Part shown: positions 54,183 to 63,411 of the stretch, one piece after another
How positions within the stretch are numbered: the first letter of the stretch is position 1
Layout: every line of letters begins with the position of its first letter
Assembly: GCA_963845565.1 (NCBI GenBank)
Contig: CAWJSJ010000005.1
Location: 928,001 to 992,000, forward strand
Source of the DNA: an uncultured Methylomirabilota bacterium
GTDB taxonomy: Bacteria > Methylomirabilota > Methylomirabilia > Methylomirabilales > 2-02-FULL-66-22
Length of the DNA stretch: 64,000 nt
Direction of reading: 5' to 3'
Program-made: the position numbers and the translations under genes
Notes under the pieces: model-generated
What the model saw: only the letters and a program-made list of their open reading frames with translations
Told to the model about the DNA's origin: nothing
The model's database searches: none

Positions 54183-55562
54183 CTATCGGAGGGCCGCCTT
54201 CGCCAGGCGGGAGCCGACCTCCCAGATCGGTCCCGGCAGCCGGTGCGCCGCAGCGAGGACCTGATCGAAGGCCTCGACAAATCGGTCGGCATCGGCCTGG
54301 TTGAAGACCAGGGGCGGGATCAGCTTGATGATATCCCTGCCGTGGCCGGACACCTGGGCCAGGACGTGGTGGTCCATGATCAGGGGCACCAGAATCGACT
54401 GGCAGAAGAGATCCTGATTGATCCCATGGATCATCTTCCAGCCGGTCTTCAGGGCGAGCGATCGGGGCTGCCCGAACTCGATGGCGATCATCAGACCCCG
54501 GCCCCGCACCTCCCGGATGAGCTCGTACTTGGCCGCGAGGCCGCGCAGTCGGTCCACCAGGTACGCCCCCATCCGCGCGCTGTTCTCGACGAGACCCTCC
54601 TCCCGGAGCACCTCGAGGGTGGCCAGGCCGCAGACCGCGGCCAAGTCATTCTGCCCGAAGGTGGTGGAGTGGACCATGCACCGATCCAGGGAGGAAAAGA
54701 CCTTGTCGTAGACCTTCCGCGGGTACAGGATGGCCCCGATCGGGCAGTAGCCGCCGGAGAGGGACTTCGAGAGCGCCATGATGTCGGGCACCACATTCCA
54801 GTGCTCGCAGGCGAAGAGCTTTCCCGTGCGGCCGAAACCGGTCTGGACCTCATCGGCGATCAGCAGGGTGCCATAGCGGGTACAGAGTTCCCGCGCTCGC
54901 GGCAGGAAGTCGTCCGGGGGGATAAACACCCCGTGGCCGATGACAGGCTCCACCACCAGCGCGGCCACATCGCCCCGCGACAGCTCAGCCTCCAGTCGCG
55001 TCGCATCGCCGAAGGGAATCTCCGTCCCACCGGCGAGGATCGCCTCGTAATCCGACCGGAACTCCCGGCAGCCGTTGACGGCAAGGGTTCCGAGCGTCAG
55101 GCCGTGGTATCCATGGTCGCAGAAGAGATTCTTCCGTCTCCCGGTATAGGCGTGGGCGAACTTGAGTGCGCCGTCGACGGCCTCCGCCCCGGAGTTGCAG
55201 AAGAAGACCGTGTCGAGGCCCGGCGGGGCAAACTCGTCGACCAATTTCTTGGCGAGGAGGCCGGCTAGGAGCTGCGTTCCCATCTTCACCAGGTTGGGGC
55301 TGTCCAGGTCCAGGTACTGGTGGATGGCCGCCTTGACCTTGGGATGGGACCGGCCCACGGCGAACACGCCGAAGCCCGAAAGCATATCCAGATAGTCGTT
55401 GCCCCGGTCGTCCCAGAGGTGGGACCCCTGCCCCCGCACATACACCGGGTCGAACCCGAGAATCTTCAGGACCTTGGCCATCTGGGGGTTGATATACCCG
55501 GAGAGCAACGAGAACTGCTCCCCCTGATGGCGCTGAATGATTTCGTGCAGGTCGAAGGACAT
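54183..55562 (-). CDS. Class III PLP aminotransferase, HpnO-like
   Basis: YLDMLSGFGVFAVGRSHP, CNSGAEA, DEVQTGFGRTG, SKSLSGG, HSTTFGQNDLA. Confidence 0.85.
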   Translation of the reverse strand: MSFDLHEIIQRHQGEQFSLLSGYINPQMAKVLKILGFDPVYVRGQGSHLWDDRGNDYLDMLSGFGVFAVGRSHPKVKAAIHQYLDLDSPNLVKMGTQLLAGLLAKKLVDEFAPPGLDTVFFCNSGAEAVDGALKFAHAYTGRRKNLFCDHGYHGLTLGTLAVNGCREFRSDYEAILAGGTEIPFGDATRLEAELSRGDVAALVVEPVIGHGVFIPPDDFLPRARELCTRYGTLLIADEVQTGFGRTGKLFACEHWNVVPDIMALSKSLSGGYCPIGAILYPRKVYDKVFSSLDRCMVHSTTFGQNDLAAVCGLATLEVLREEGLVENSARMGAYLVDRLRGLAAKYELIREVRGRGLMIAIEFGQPRSLALKTGWKMIHGINQDLFCQSILVPLIMDHHVLAQVSGHGRDIIKLIPPLVFNQADADRFVEAFDQVLAAAHRLPGPIWEVGSRLAKAALR

Positions 55563-55808
55563 GGAGACTCCGGCGAGTACTGCCGAGCACGCAAAAAACG
55601 AAAAAAAATCATAGCGGTCCGCCAAGACTCTGCCCGTTCCGGCAGGACGAGAGGTCCTGGCAAACCTCGCTCTAACCAAGCGCCGGTGATTATCGGCGGC
55701 CGAGCGAAGACCTGTCAAGCGGAAAGGAGGCTCACCGTATCGTGCCGACGCACTGGGGACGACGTCCGGTAGCGACGGCGGTGCGCGCGCCGTTCTCGAA
55801 ACCATGCG

Positions 55809-55838
55809 TTGACACCTCTCCGTTGCCTCCAGTATAAG
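55809..55838 (+). promoter_or_regulatory. Sigma70-type promoter
   Basis: TTGACA-18 bp-TATAAG upstream of the ABC permease. Confidence 0.55.
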
Positions 55839-55902
55839 GGGTCGTGTCCGGCGCGCTCCACCGACCGGGACACGCGATTGAGAGCTCGCGCGAAGGCGTC
55901 TG

Positions 55903-56072
55903 CAGGCTGCTGAAAAAGGCCCATCTGCGGCGTTGGTTTGCCTCGGCACTCGCTGCGACGTACTTCCAGTACGCCTGGACCCAGCTGCGCTGGGTACCCC
56001 GGCCTCCGGCAAACCGCCTTGCATCCGGACCATTTTGAGCAGCCCGAGCGGAACGGATTTTTCAGCAGCCTG
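55903..56072. repeat. Family A MITE/REP-like element, copy 11
   Basis: CAGGCTGCTGAAAAAGGCCCATCTGC...TTTTTCAGCAGCCTG-TTAG; lies between promoter and gene. Confidence 0.9.
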
Positions 56073-56126
56073 TTAGCGATGGATACGACCAATCTGGACC
56101 GGCACGACGCCTGATGACGACTTGGG

Positions 56127-57282
56127 GTGACGGGTATGCTTGCAGTGATCGGCCACGTAGCCAAGAAGGAGTTCCGGCAGCTCCTGCGGGATCGCCGGAG
56201 CCTCGTCCTCATCCTGGTGATGCCGATCCTCCTCACGGTCCTCTTCGGCAAGGCGCTGGAGACCGGCGAACTCCGCAACATTTCTTCGGCGATCCTGAAT
56301 CTGGACGGATCGCCGGAATCCAACGTCATCGCCACCGCGTTCAGCACCTACGACGAGGTCCAGATCCGGCACGAGTTGACCTCCCTCGAGGAGGCCCAGG
56401 CCCTCCTGGCGCGGGGGAAGATCAAGGCGGCCATCGTCATTCCCCAAGGGATTCATGCGCCAGATCGAGTCGGGCGGGGAGGCACAGCTTCAATTGCTCC
56501 TGGATGGAACGGACAACGCCTCGGCGCCGATCGTCGAGGGCGTGGCGAAGCGCGTCATCCAGCGCTACAACACCGAGCGGGCGGTCCGGGGTTTGTGGGC
56601 CCAGGGGGTCAAGCCCGCCCAGAGCCTGCGGTTGATCCAGCCCGTCTACGTGCAGACCGAGATTCGCTACAATCCGGGGCTACAGTTTCTCAGTTATGTC
56701 ATGCCCGGCGTCATCGGCCTGACCCTGCAGCTCCTGACCGTGATGCTCATGGCCATCAGCATCACGCGAGAGCGGGAGCGGGGGACACTGGACCAGCTCA
56801 TGGCGTCTCCCATCAGACGGGCGGAGCTGATCCTGGGGAAGGTCCTTCCCTATTTCGGCATCTCGCTGGTCAACGTGGTCACCATCCTGTTCGTCGCCGA
56901 TCGCTGGTTCAACGTGCCCGCAGGGGAGAACCTGCCACTCCTGCTCGCCCTGTGCTGCCTGTTCGTGCTGACCTCCTTGGCGACGGGACTGCTCATCTCG
57001 GCCGTGTCCCGTTCCCAGTTCCAGGCGGTCCAGATCGCCGTGTTCTACGTGTTGCCGGTTTTCTTGCTCTCCGGGGCCTTTGGCCATCTCGAGGCCATCC
57101 CGGCGTATATCCGACCCATCTCTTACTTCTTTCCGCTGATGTATTTCTCCCGTTCCGTCCGGGCCGTCACCCTGCGCGCGGCCGACTTCGCCCAGGTGTC
57201 GAATGACCTGGCCGTCCTCTCGGGATTCGTCGTGATCCTCTTGTTCGGGGCCGTCCTGAGCTTCCGCAAACGCACCGCCTGA
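56127..57282 (+). CDS. ABC-2 type exporter permease (YbhR/YbhS-like), frameshifted at about 56445-56452
   Basis: KKEFRQLLRDRRS..AAIVIP in one frame; MRQIESG..DGTD..YNP..RERERGTLDQL..LSG in the next. Confidence 0.88.
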
Positions 57283-57645
57283 GCAGAGACCGCATTCGCG
57301 CGACGGTCGTCTGTTATGCAAGCAGAGTGGCGAGGGACACCCGCGTCCGCCACCCCGCACGCCGCATCCGCCATTTCGAATCGTCCGATTCACTGGGTGA
57401 TTCGCCGGTCGTTGTTTGGAAACGCCAATCGAGTGGCGACGAGTTCGAGTCCTGAGTAGGGAACCGGTCAGGACTCGAACCGCGCCATCGCCACGGATCA
57501 TGGACCGGCCGCCCCCGAAAGGTCGCCGTGGGCGAAGCCATCCCCTGGTGCGCCACAAGGGGAGCGGCTGTCACCACCGCCATGGATATGGTATATACGG
57601 CGGGAAGATTGGTCTCCAGACGAACGAGGTCGCGCCCAGCGCAGC

Positions 57646-58542
57646 ATGCCGAAACGACGGACGAACGCACCAGCAGCTGGGACCAAGGCGGCGCGAGCCC
57701 GGTCCCGCGTCTCCCAACACTCGACCCGCCGACCGCGCCGCCGGGCGGGCCGGGTCTCTGCGCTGCGGCGATTCACTCGGGCGTGCCGGCGGACGCTCAG
57801 CGCCATGGGCACTCTGCCCTTGCCCCTCCGCGTGCTCGTCGGGGTAGTTGGCCTTCTGGCGGTGGGGGCGGTGATCAATGGGGGTTACCAGGTGCTCCGC
57901 AAGCCCGCCGAGTTGTTGTTTCCGGTCAGCGGCGTGCTTGCCAAACGCCCGCCCGAGACCTGGCGGACCTACGGTTCGCTCTTCCGCGCGCATGCGACCG
58001 CCGCCATCCCTCCAGAACTGCTGGCCGCGCTTGCCCAGGTCGAAAGCAGCGGGGACCCCGTGGCGCGGCCCCCCTGGCGGTGGCGCCCGACGGCGCACCC
58101 CCTGGACTGGTACCGCCCGGCGTCGAGCGCGGTGGGCATGTACCAGATTACCGATGGGACGTTCGAGGCGGCGACGCGGTACTGCATCCACGACCACGTG
58201 GTGGTCGAGGACGGCCCCTGGGACGACCCGCGGTCGTGTTGGTTCAACCGGCTGTACACGCGCATCGTGCCGACCCATGCCATCGAGTTGACCGCCGCCT
58301 GGCTGGATCTGGGCGTCGCCCGAGCGTTAGCGGGTGCGCGCGGCGCGCGGGCCAGCCTCCAACAGCAACAGGATCTCGCCGCCGTGATCCATCTGTGCGG
58401 CGCCGGCGCAGGGGCCGCCTATGCGGCCCGGGGCTTCCGCCTGACACCCGGCCAGCAGTGCGGCGCGCACGACGTCCGTGCCTACCTCGTCCAGGTCGCC
58501 GCGTTGACGCGGCAGTTCGCACGTCTGGCGGCCGCCGGCTAA
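57646..58542 (+). CDS. Membrane-anchored lytic transglycosylase (SLT domain); start uncertain
   Basis: TM segment, ALAQVESSG catalytic motif, AVGMYQIT. Confidence 0.75.
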   Translation: MPKRRTNAPAAGTKAARARSRVSQHSTRRPRRRAGRVSALRRFTRACRRTLSAMGTLPLPLRVLVGVVGLLAVGAVINGGYQVLRKPAELLFPVSGVLAKRPPETWRTYGSLFRAHATAAIPPELLAALAQVESSGDPVARPPWRWRPTAHPLDWYRPASSAVGMYQITDGTFEAATRYCIHDHVVVEDGPWDDPRSCWFNRLYTRIVPTHAIELTAAWLDLGVARALAGARGARASLQQQQDLAAVIHLCGAGAGAAYAARGFRLTPGQQCGAHDVRAYLVQVAALTRQFARLAAAG

Positions 58543-58584
58543 CGGCGGGGTGCGCGGGGCCGTCCCGGCACGGAGGGACTCCTG

Positions 58585-58914
58585 ATGGCCGGACACGTCA
58601 TCGGCCTCATCGCCGATACCCACGGTCTCCTGCGCCCCGAAGCGGTCCAGGCCCTCCGACGGGCCGAGCGGATCATACACGCGGGGGACATCGACACGCC
58701 CAACGTCCTCCACGCCCTCCAGGTCCTGGCCCGAGTCACGGCCGTCCGCGGCAACGCGGATACAGGGGGCTGGATGACGGGCCTCCCCCAGACGGCAACC
58801 CTGGCGATTGACTTGGTTCAAATTCCCAGCTCCCATGGTACCCGCTGGCCGTTCACCACAAGTGTTGATGGAGTGACGATACCTGGTGTGATTCCAACAA
58901 GTGGAGTAGTCTGA
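58585..58914 (+). pseudogene. YfcE-like metallophosphoesterase, truncated after about 75 aa
   Basis: IADTHG, HAGDI, VRGNAD present; later HG/GHSH motifs absent; composition shifts to lower GC near 58810. Confidence 0.75.
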
Positions 58915-59155
58915 GGGTCGAGAAGAAACTTTCCACACTCAGTGCCGATCCATCGATGAACGGAACTTTCGAAACCAACCGGTGCATTTACGACTGCTCG
59001 CGCTCCGTCCCCGGCAATTTTCGACACCTTTAATAGACGGCTGATATGGAAACCCGGCTGCCAAGGGGTGCATTTCAATGAGGGTCCTCTCTGCGACTGC
59101 CCCGCTAAGTCCGCGAGAGTGCGCAGCGCGTTCAAGGGTGTTAGGCCGACCTGGC

Positions 59156-59998
59156 ATGGGCAGTGCCAATCGAATGTACATACGACCGCTTCTGGCGTTA
59201 GCGTGCGCGCTAATCACGCTTTGCATACCAGACGCAATTCAGGCCCAGGTTTCCGTGCGGGAGTTCTCACCAGCGCGAGCCACTATTGACGCCACTGGAT
59301 TTGCGGGGACCGTCCTCGTCTACGATGCAAACCAGAACTCGTACGCGGCTGGGCACGCCGAGCGCATCGATCGCCGACTGATTCCGGCGTCGACGTTCAA
59401 GATTCTCAATTCCCTCGTGGCACTTGAGGCCGGCGTTATCGCCGACCAGCGCACAGTAATCAAGTGGGATGGAGTCGCCCGAGAGCGGACCGAGGTGAAT
59501 CGGGACTTGGATCTCCAGGCGGCGTTTCGGTTGTCGGCGGTGCCGCACTACCAGGCGCTAGCCAGGCGTATTGGTCCCGAGCGGATGCAGCAGTTCATCG
59601 ACGCGGTCGGTTACGGTAATCGAGACACCTCCGGTGGGATCGACACCTTCTGGTTGACCGGTGGGCTACGCATCTCAGCCCGAGAGCAGGTCGATTTCCT
59701 CCTCCGCCTGTGCCGAGGAAGTCTGCCGTTTTCGGCGGCGACGATGGCAATAGTCAAAGAGATGATGGTGACCGAACAAACGGCCGAGCACACCATCCGT
59801 GCGAAAACAGGATGGACCACGCTACCGGAGGCCGCACATGTAGGCTGGTGGGTGGGATGGGTAGCGCGCAAGGCCGGAGTGCACATGTTTGCGACAGCCC
59901 TGGAAGCCACGGCGCCCGGTCCGACGTTTGGCCCCGCACGGCAAGCCGTGACTCGAAGAGTGCTCGAACAGCTTGCCGTTCTGAAATCCGCCCAATAG
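59156..59998 (+). CDS. Class D beta-lactamase (OXA-like)
   Basis: Signal peptide, PASTFKI, SAV, YGN, FWL, KTG, GWWVGWV. Confidence 0.92.
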   Translation: MGSANRMYIRPLLALACALITLCIPDAIQAQVSVREFSPARATIDATGFAGTVLVYDANQNSYAAGHAERIDRRLIPASTFKILNSLVALEAGVIADQRTVIKWDGVARERTEVNRDLDLQAAFRLSAVPHYQALARRIGPERMQQFIDAVGYGNRDTSGGIDTFWLTGGLRISAREQVDFLLRLCRGSLPFSAATMAIVKEMMVTEQTAEHTIRAKTGWTTLPEAAHVGWWVGWVARKAGVHMFATALEATAPGPTFGPARQAVTRRVLEQLAVLKSAQ

Positions 59999-60168
59999 GA
60001 CGGCTGCCAAGCCACTGCCGCCGATGGACGCCGCTCGCGGCTGAGCGGCGGGGGGTTCGCCATCACACCAGCGGTACCCTCTCCTCCCGGGGACCAGATC
60101 GTCCCCGCGTGTCGCGCATATCGTTTGTTCGGTCCCGCGTCCGTTTCGTGGTGAGGGGATCGTCTCGC

Positions 60169-60203
60169 TTGACATCTGGACTCATGGTCTGATAGTAAGA
60201 CCA
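60169..60203 (+). promoter_or_regulatory. Promoter with FadR/PdhR-type operator overlapping the -10 region
   Basis: TTGACA at 60169; palindrome TGGTCT-N7-AGACCA at 60185-60203, 8 bp before the ATG. Confidence 0.6.
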
Positions 60204-60210
60204 ACAGCAT

Positions 60211-61017
60211 ATGTTCACTCCAGTGAAAGCACGCAGCGTATCGGATGAGATCGTCGAACAGATGATCTCGGTCATCTGCAGCGGAAAGCTGGCCGCCGGG
60301 GCCAAGCTGCCCGCCGAGCGCGCGCTGTCCCAGGCGTTCGGTGTCGGCCGTCAGGCGCTACGCGAAGCCATCCAGAAGCTCCAGGGAATGGGGTTATTGG
60401 AGGTGCGAAAGCCCCAAGGAACCTTCGTGAAGGTCCTGACGACCGAGGCGCTCCATCAGTTCTTGACCCGAATCCTCAAGGGGGACGTGGGGAGCTTCCT
60501 GCACTTCCTGGACATCCGGAAGTGGATGGAGGCGATGACCGCCGCCGAGGCGGCGGAGCGGGCGACCGACGAGGATATCCGGCAGATCGAGGCCACGCTT
60601 CCCAGGCTGCGGCTGGCGGCGGCCCAGAACGATCGGGAATCCCTGGACGAGGCGGATGTCTCTTTCCACATGGCCATCGTCACGGCGACCCACAATAACC
60701 TCATGGCCCACCTGGTGGGGACCTTCGGGAGTCTGATGTGGTCGTCCCACGGCTTGCGGCTGGCCGTACTGCGGGCCCAGAATCTGGAGACGATCTATGA
60801 GGAGCACGCCGCGGTGTCCGCGGCGATCCAGCGGCGTACGCCGGCTCGTGCCCGAGATGCGATGCTGCACCACATCGAGATGATCCGCAGCCGGGTGGAG
60901 GGCATGTTCGGGCAGGGGGACACCGACGTTCCGGCGAACCGGATCCCGACCGTCGAGGGCGCAGGCGAACGGGGCGTCGCCACGTGGCGGGCCGTCGCGC
61001 CTCGTCCGGGCGGTTGA
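60211..61017 (+). CDS. GntR/FadR family transcriptional regulator (PdhR-like)
   Basis: KLPAERALSQAFGVGRQALREA..GTFV wHTH; D..FH..I, THN, EH FCD domain. Confidence 0.92.
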   Translation: MFTPVKARSVSDEIVEQMISVICSGKLAAGAKLPAERALSQAFGVGRQALREAIQKLQGMGLLEVRKPQGTFVKVLTTEALHQFLTRILKGDVGSFLHFLDIRKWMEAMTAAEAAERATDEDIRQIEATLPRLRLAAAQNDRESLDEADVSFHMAIVTATHNNLMAHLVGTFGSLMWSSHGLRLAVLRAQNLETIYEEHAAVSAAIQRRTPARARDAMLHHIEMIRSRVEGMFGQGDTDVPANRIPTVEGAGERGVATWRAVAPRPGG

Positions 61018-61115
61018 GCCGTTGTCAAAGAATAACTTGACCAGAGAGATTCTGGAAACGGCATAAGGAGCCGTAACGAAATTATAACGATGGTCAAATT
61101 ATTTCGTAACGGCTC
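61018..61115. repeat. Family B MITE/REP-like element, copy 3
   Basis: Begins right after the TGA stop; GCCGTTGTCAAAGAATAAC...GGAGCCGTAACGAAA...ATTTCGTAACGGCTC-CTAA. Confidence 0.9.
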
Positions 61116-61218
61116 CTAAGCCGACCCGTACCCGAAACCGCGATCGGACGCGGTCTGGTGTGAGGTGGGGCCGATGGACCCCACTCATCTTTCCTTTCTT
61201 AACCCGTCGAGGTGACCC

Positions 61219-62184
61219 ATGAAACCTTTGGACAAACCGTTGCTGTTGGAGATCTACCGCAAGATGGTGTCGGTGCGGACGTTCGAGGAGACCGCGGCAG
61301 ACCTGTTCCTGAAGGGACAGATCCCCGGCTTCCTCCATGTCTATGTCGGCGAGGAGGCGGTCGCCGCGGGCGTCATGGCGCACCTGACGGATCAGGATTT
61401 CATCTCCAGCACCCACCGCGGTCACGGCCACGCCGTGGCCAAGGGCGCGCGCCTCGACATGATGATGGCGGAGCTCTACGGCAAGAAGACCGGGTATTGC
61501 CACGGCAAGGGCGGCTCGATGCACATCGCCGACCTGGACCTCGGGATTCTGGGGGCGAACGGGATCGTCGGCGGCGGCATCCCGATCGCCACGGGCGCCG
61601 GCCTGGCGCTGAAGATGAAGGGCACGGACCGGGTCTGCGTCTGCTTCTTCGGCGACGGCGCGAGCAACACCGGCGCCTTTTACGAGGGGGTCAACCTGGC
61701 GGCGGTGTGGGGCTTGCCCGTGGTCTTCCTCTGCGAGAACAACCAGTACGCCGAGTCCACGCCGCGCGCCACCCACCAGAAAGTGAAGTACGTCTCCGAT
61801 CGGGCCGCCGCCTTCAACATCCCGGGCGTGTCCATGGATGGGATGGACGTCTTCGACGTCTACCAGAAGACCGGCGAGGCGATCGACCAGTGCCGCAAGG
61901 GCCAGGGGCCGATCCTCTTGGAGGCCCGCACCTACCGGTTCCTGGGCCACTTCGTGGGCGATCCGCAGCCCTACCGCACCAAGGACGAGGTGGAGGAGTG
62001 GAAGAAGCGGGACCCGATCAAGATGTTCCGGGCGCGCGTGATCACGGAGGGGAAGATCACCGCCGCGGAGATGGATGCCATCGATGCCAAGATCACGACC
62101 GACATGGCCGCCGCCGTGGAGTTCGGCCGCACCAGCCCGGAGCCCGGGGTGGAGGTGGCGCTGCAGGACATCTTCACGCAATGA
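61219..62184 (+). CDS. TPP-dependent pyruvate/acetoin dehydrogenase E1 alpha subunit
   Basis: GFLHVYVGEEA, STHRGHGH, GKGGSMH, FFGDGA, ENNQY, TYRFLGH. Confidence 0.93.
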   Translation: MKPLDKPLLLEIYRKMVSVRTFEETAADLFLKGQIPGFLHVYVGEEAVAAGVMAHLTDQDFISSTHRGHGHAVAKGARLDMMMAELYGKKTGYCHGKGGSMHIADLDLGILGANGIVGGGIPIATGAGLALKMKGTDRVCVCFFGDGASNTGAFYEGVNLAAVWGLPVVFLCENNQYAESTPRATHQKVKYVSDRAAAFNIPGVSMDGMDVFDVYQKTGEAIDQCRKGQGPILLEARTYRFLGHFVGDPQPYRTKDEVEEWKKRDPIKMFRARVITEGKITAAEMDAIDAKITTDMAAAVEFGRTSPEPGVEVALQDIFTQ

Positions 62185-62238
62185 CCGCTGACTATTAACC
62201 GATGACCATTGCCATTCAGTGGTCAATTGGAGGATGCC

Positions 62239-63213
62239 ATGCGCAAGATCACCTATCGTGAAGCAGTCATTGAGGCGTTGCGGGAAGAGTTGCAGCGCGA
62301 CCCGTCGGTGTACCTGCTCGGTGAGGACATCGCGGAGTTCGGCGGCAGCTACAAGACCACCGTGGGGCTCCTGCAGGAGTTCGGCAAGGAGCGGGTGCGG
62401 AACACGCCCATCTCCGAGGCGGCGATCATCGGCTGCGCCCTGGGCTCCGCCCTGTTGGGGATGCGGCCGGTCGCGGAGTTGATGTACGTCGACTTCGCCG
62501 GAATCGCCATGGACCAGATCGCCAACCAGACGGCGAAGGTCAAGTACATGTTCGGCGGAAAAGCCAAGGTGCCGGTCACGATCCGGACCCAGGGCGGCAC
62601 CGGCCGTTCGTCCGCGGCTCAGCACGCGCAGAGCCTGGAGGCCTGGTTCCTTCACGTGCCCGGCTTGAAGGTCGTCATGCCATCGAACGCCTACGACCTG
62701 AAGGGCCTCCTCAAGGCGTCCATCCGGGACGACAATCCCGTCCTCTTCATCGAACACAAGCTGCTCTACGCGACCAGCTGCGAAATCCCCGAGGAGGAGT
62801 ACGTTCTGCCCCTCGGCAAGGCGGATGTCAAGCGCCAAGGGAAGGACGTGACGATTGTCGCGAACTCACGGATGGTGCAGCTCTCTCTGGCGGCGGCGGA
62901 TCGGCTGGCGGCGGAGGGGATCGAGTGCGAGGTGATCGACCCCATGACGCTGGCCCCCCTGGATGAGGAGACGATCCTGAACTCCGTGGGGAAGACCAAC
63001 AAGCTGGTGGTGGTCTGCGAGGCGGCGCCCCACTGCAGCTTTGCCTCCGAGGTGGCGGCGATCGTGGCCGAGAAGGGCTTCGACCTGCTGGACGCGCCGA
63101 TCATCCGGGTCACCTCCATGCACACCCCGATCCCGTTCGCGCCCAAGCTGGAGAAGTTCGTGACCGTGAGCGAGGAGAAGATCATGGCGGGCGTCAAGAC
63201 CGTCTTGGGATAG
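62239..63213 (+). CDS. Pyruvate/acetoin dehydrogenase E1 beta subunit
   Basis: LLGEDI, NTPISE, DQIANQ, AQHAQSLEAWF, DDNPVLFIEHK. Confidence 0.94.
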   Translation: MRKITYREAVIEALREELQRDPSVYLLGEDIAEFGGSYKTTVGLLQEFGKERVRNTPISEAAIIGCALGSALLGMRPVAELMYVDFAGIAMDQIANQTAKVKYMFGGKAKVPVTIRTQGGTGRSSAAQHAQSLEAWFLHVPGLKVVMPSNAYDLKGLLKASIRDDNPVLFIEHKLLYATSCEIPEEEYVLPLGKADVKRQGKDVTIVANSRMVQLSLAAADRLAAEGIECEVIDPMTLAPLDEETILNSVGKTNKLVVVCEAAPHCSFASEVAAIVAEKGFDLLDAPIIRVTSMHTPIPFAPKLEKFVTVSEEKIMAGVKTVLG

Positions 63214-63411
63214 GCCGTTCGCCGGATGCTGCAGCCGCCGGCCCCGACCCAGGGGCCGGCCGGTCTGTACGGTCCCCCGAACTTCTGCGGGGGGCCTTGA
63301 CAGTCTGTGGCGGCGGGGGCAATAATCCTCGGACAGTCTGGGCCAGGGGTCCGGCGGTCCTGCACCGAGCAATGTGCCTGCCGACGCACGGAATTTTCAC
63401 GAGGAGCCTAC

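Noticed and set aside
41200..56033. N-terminal extensions of ORFs 41200, 43438 and 54183..56033, and small ORFs containing QMGLFQQP
   Set aside because: These are translations of family A repeats; better starts with RBS lie downstream.
58818..59135. 105-aa minus-strand ORF upstream of the beta-lactamase
   Set aside because: No recognisable motif or RBS; may be a foreign gene fragment but cannot be supported.
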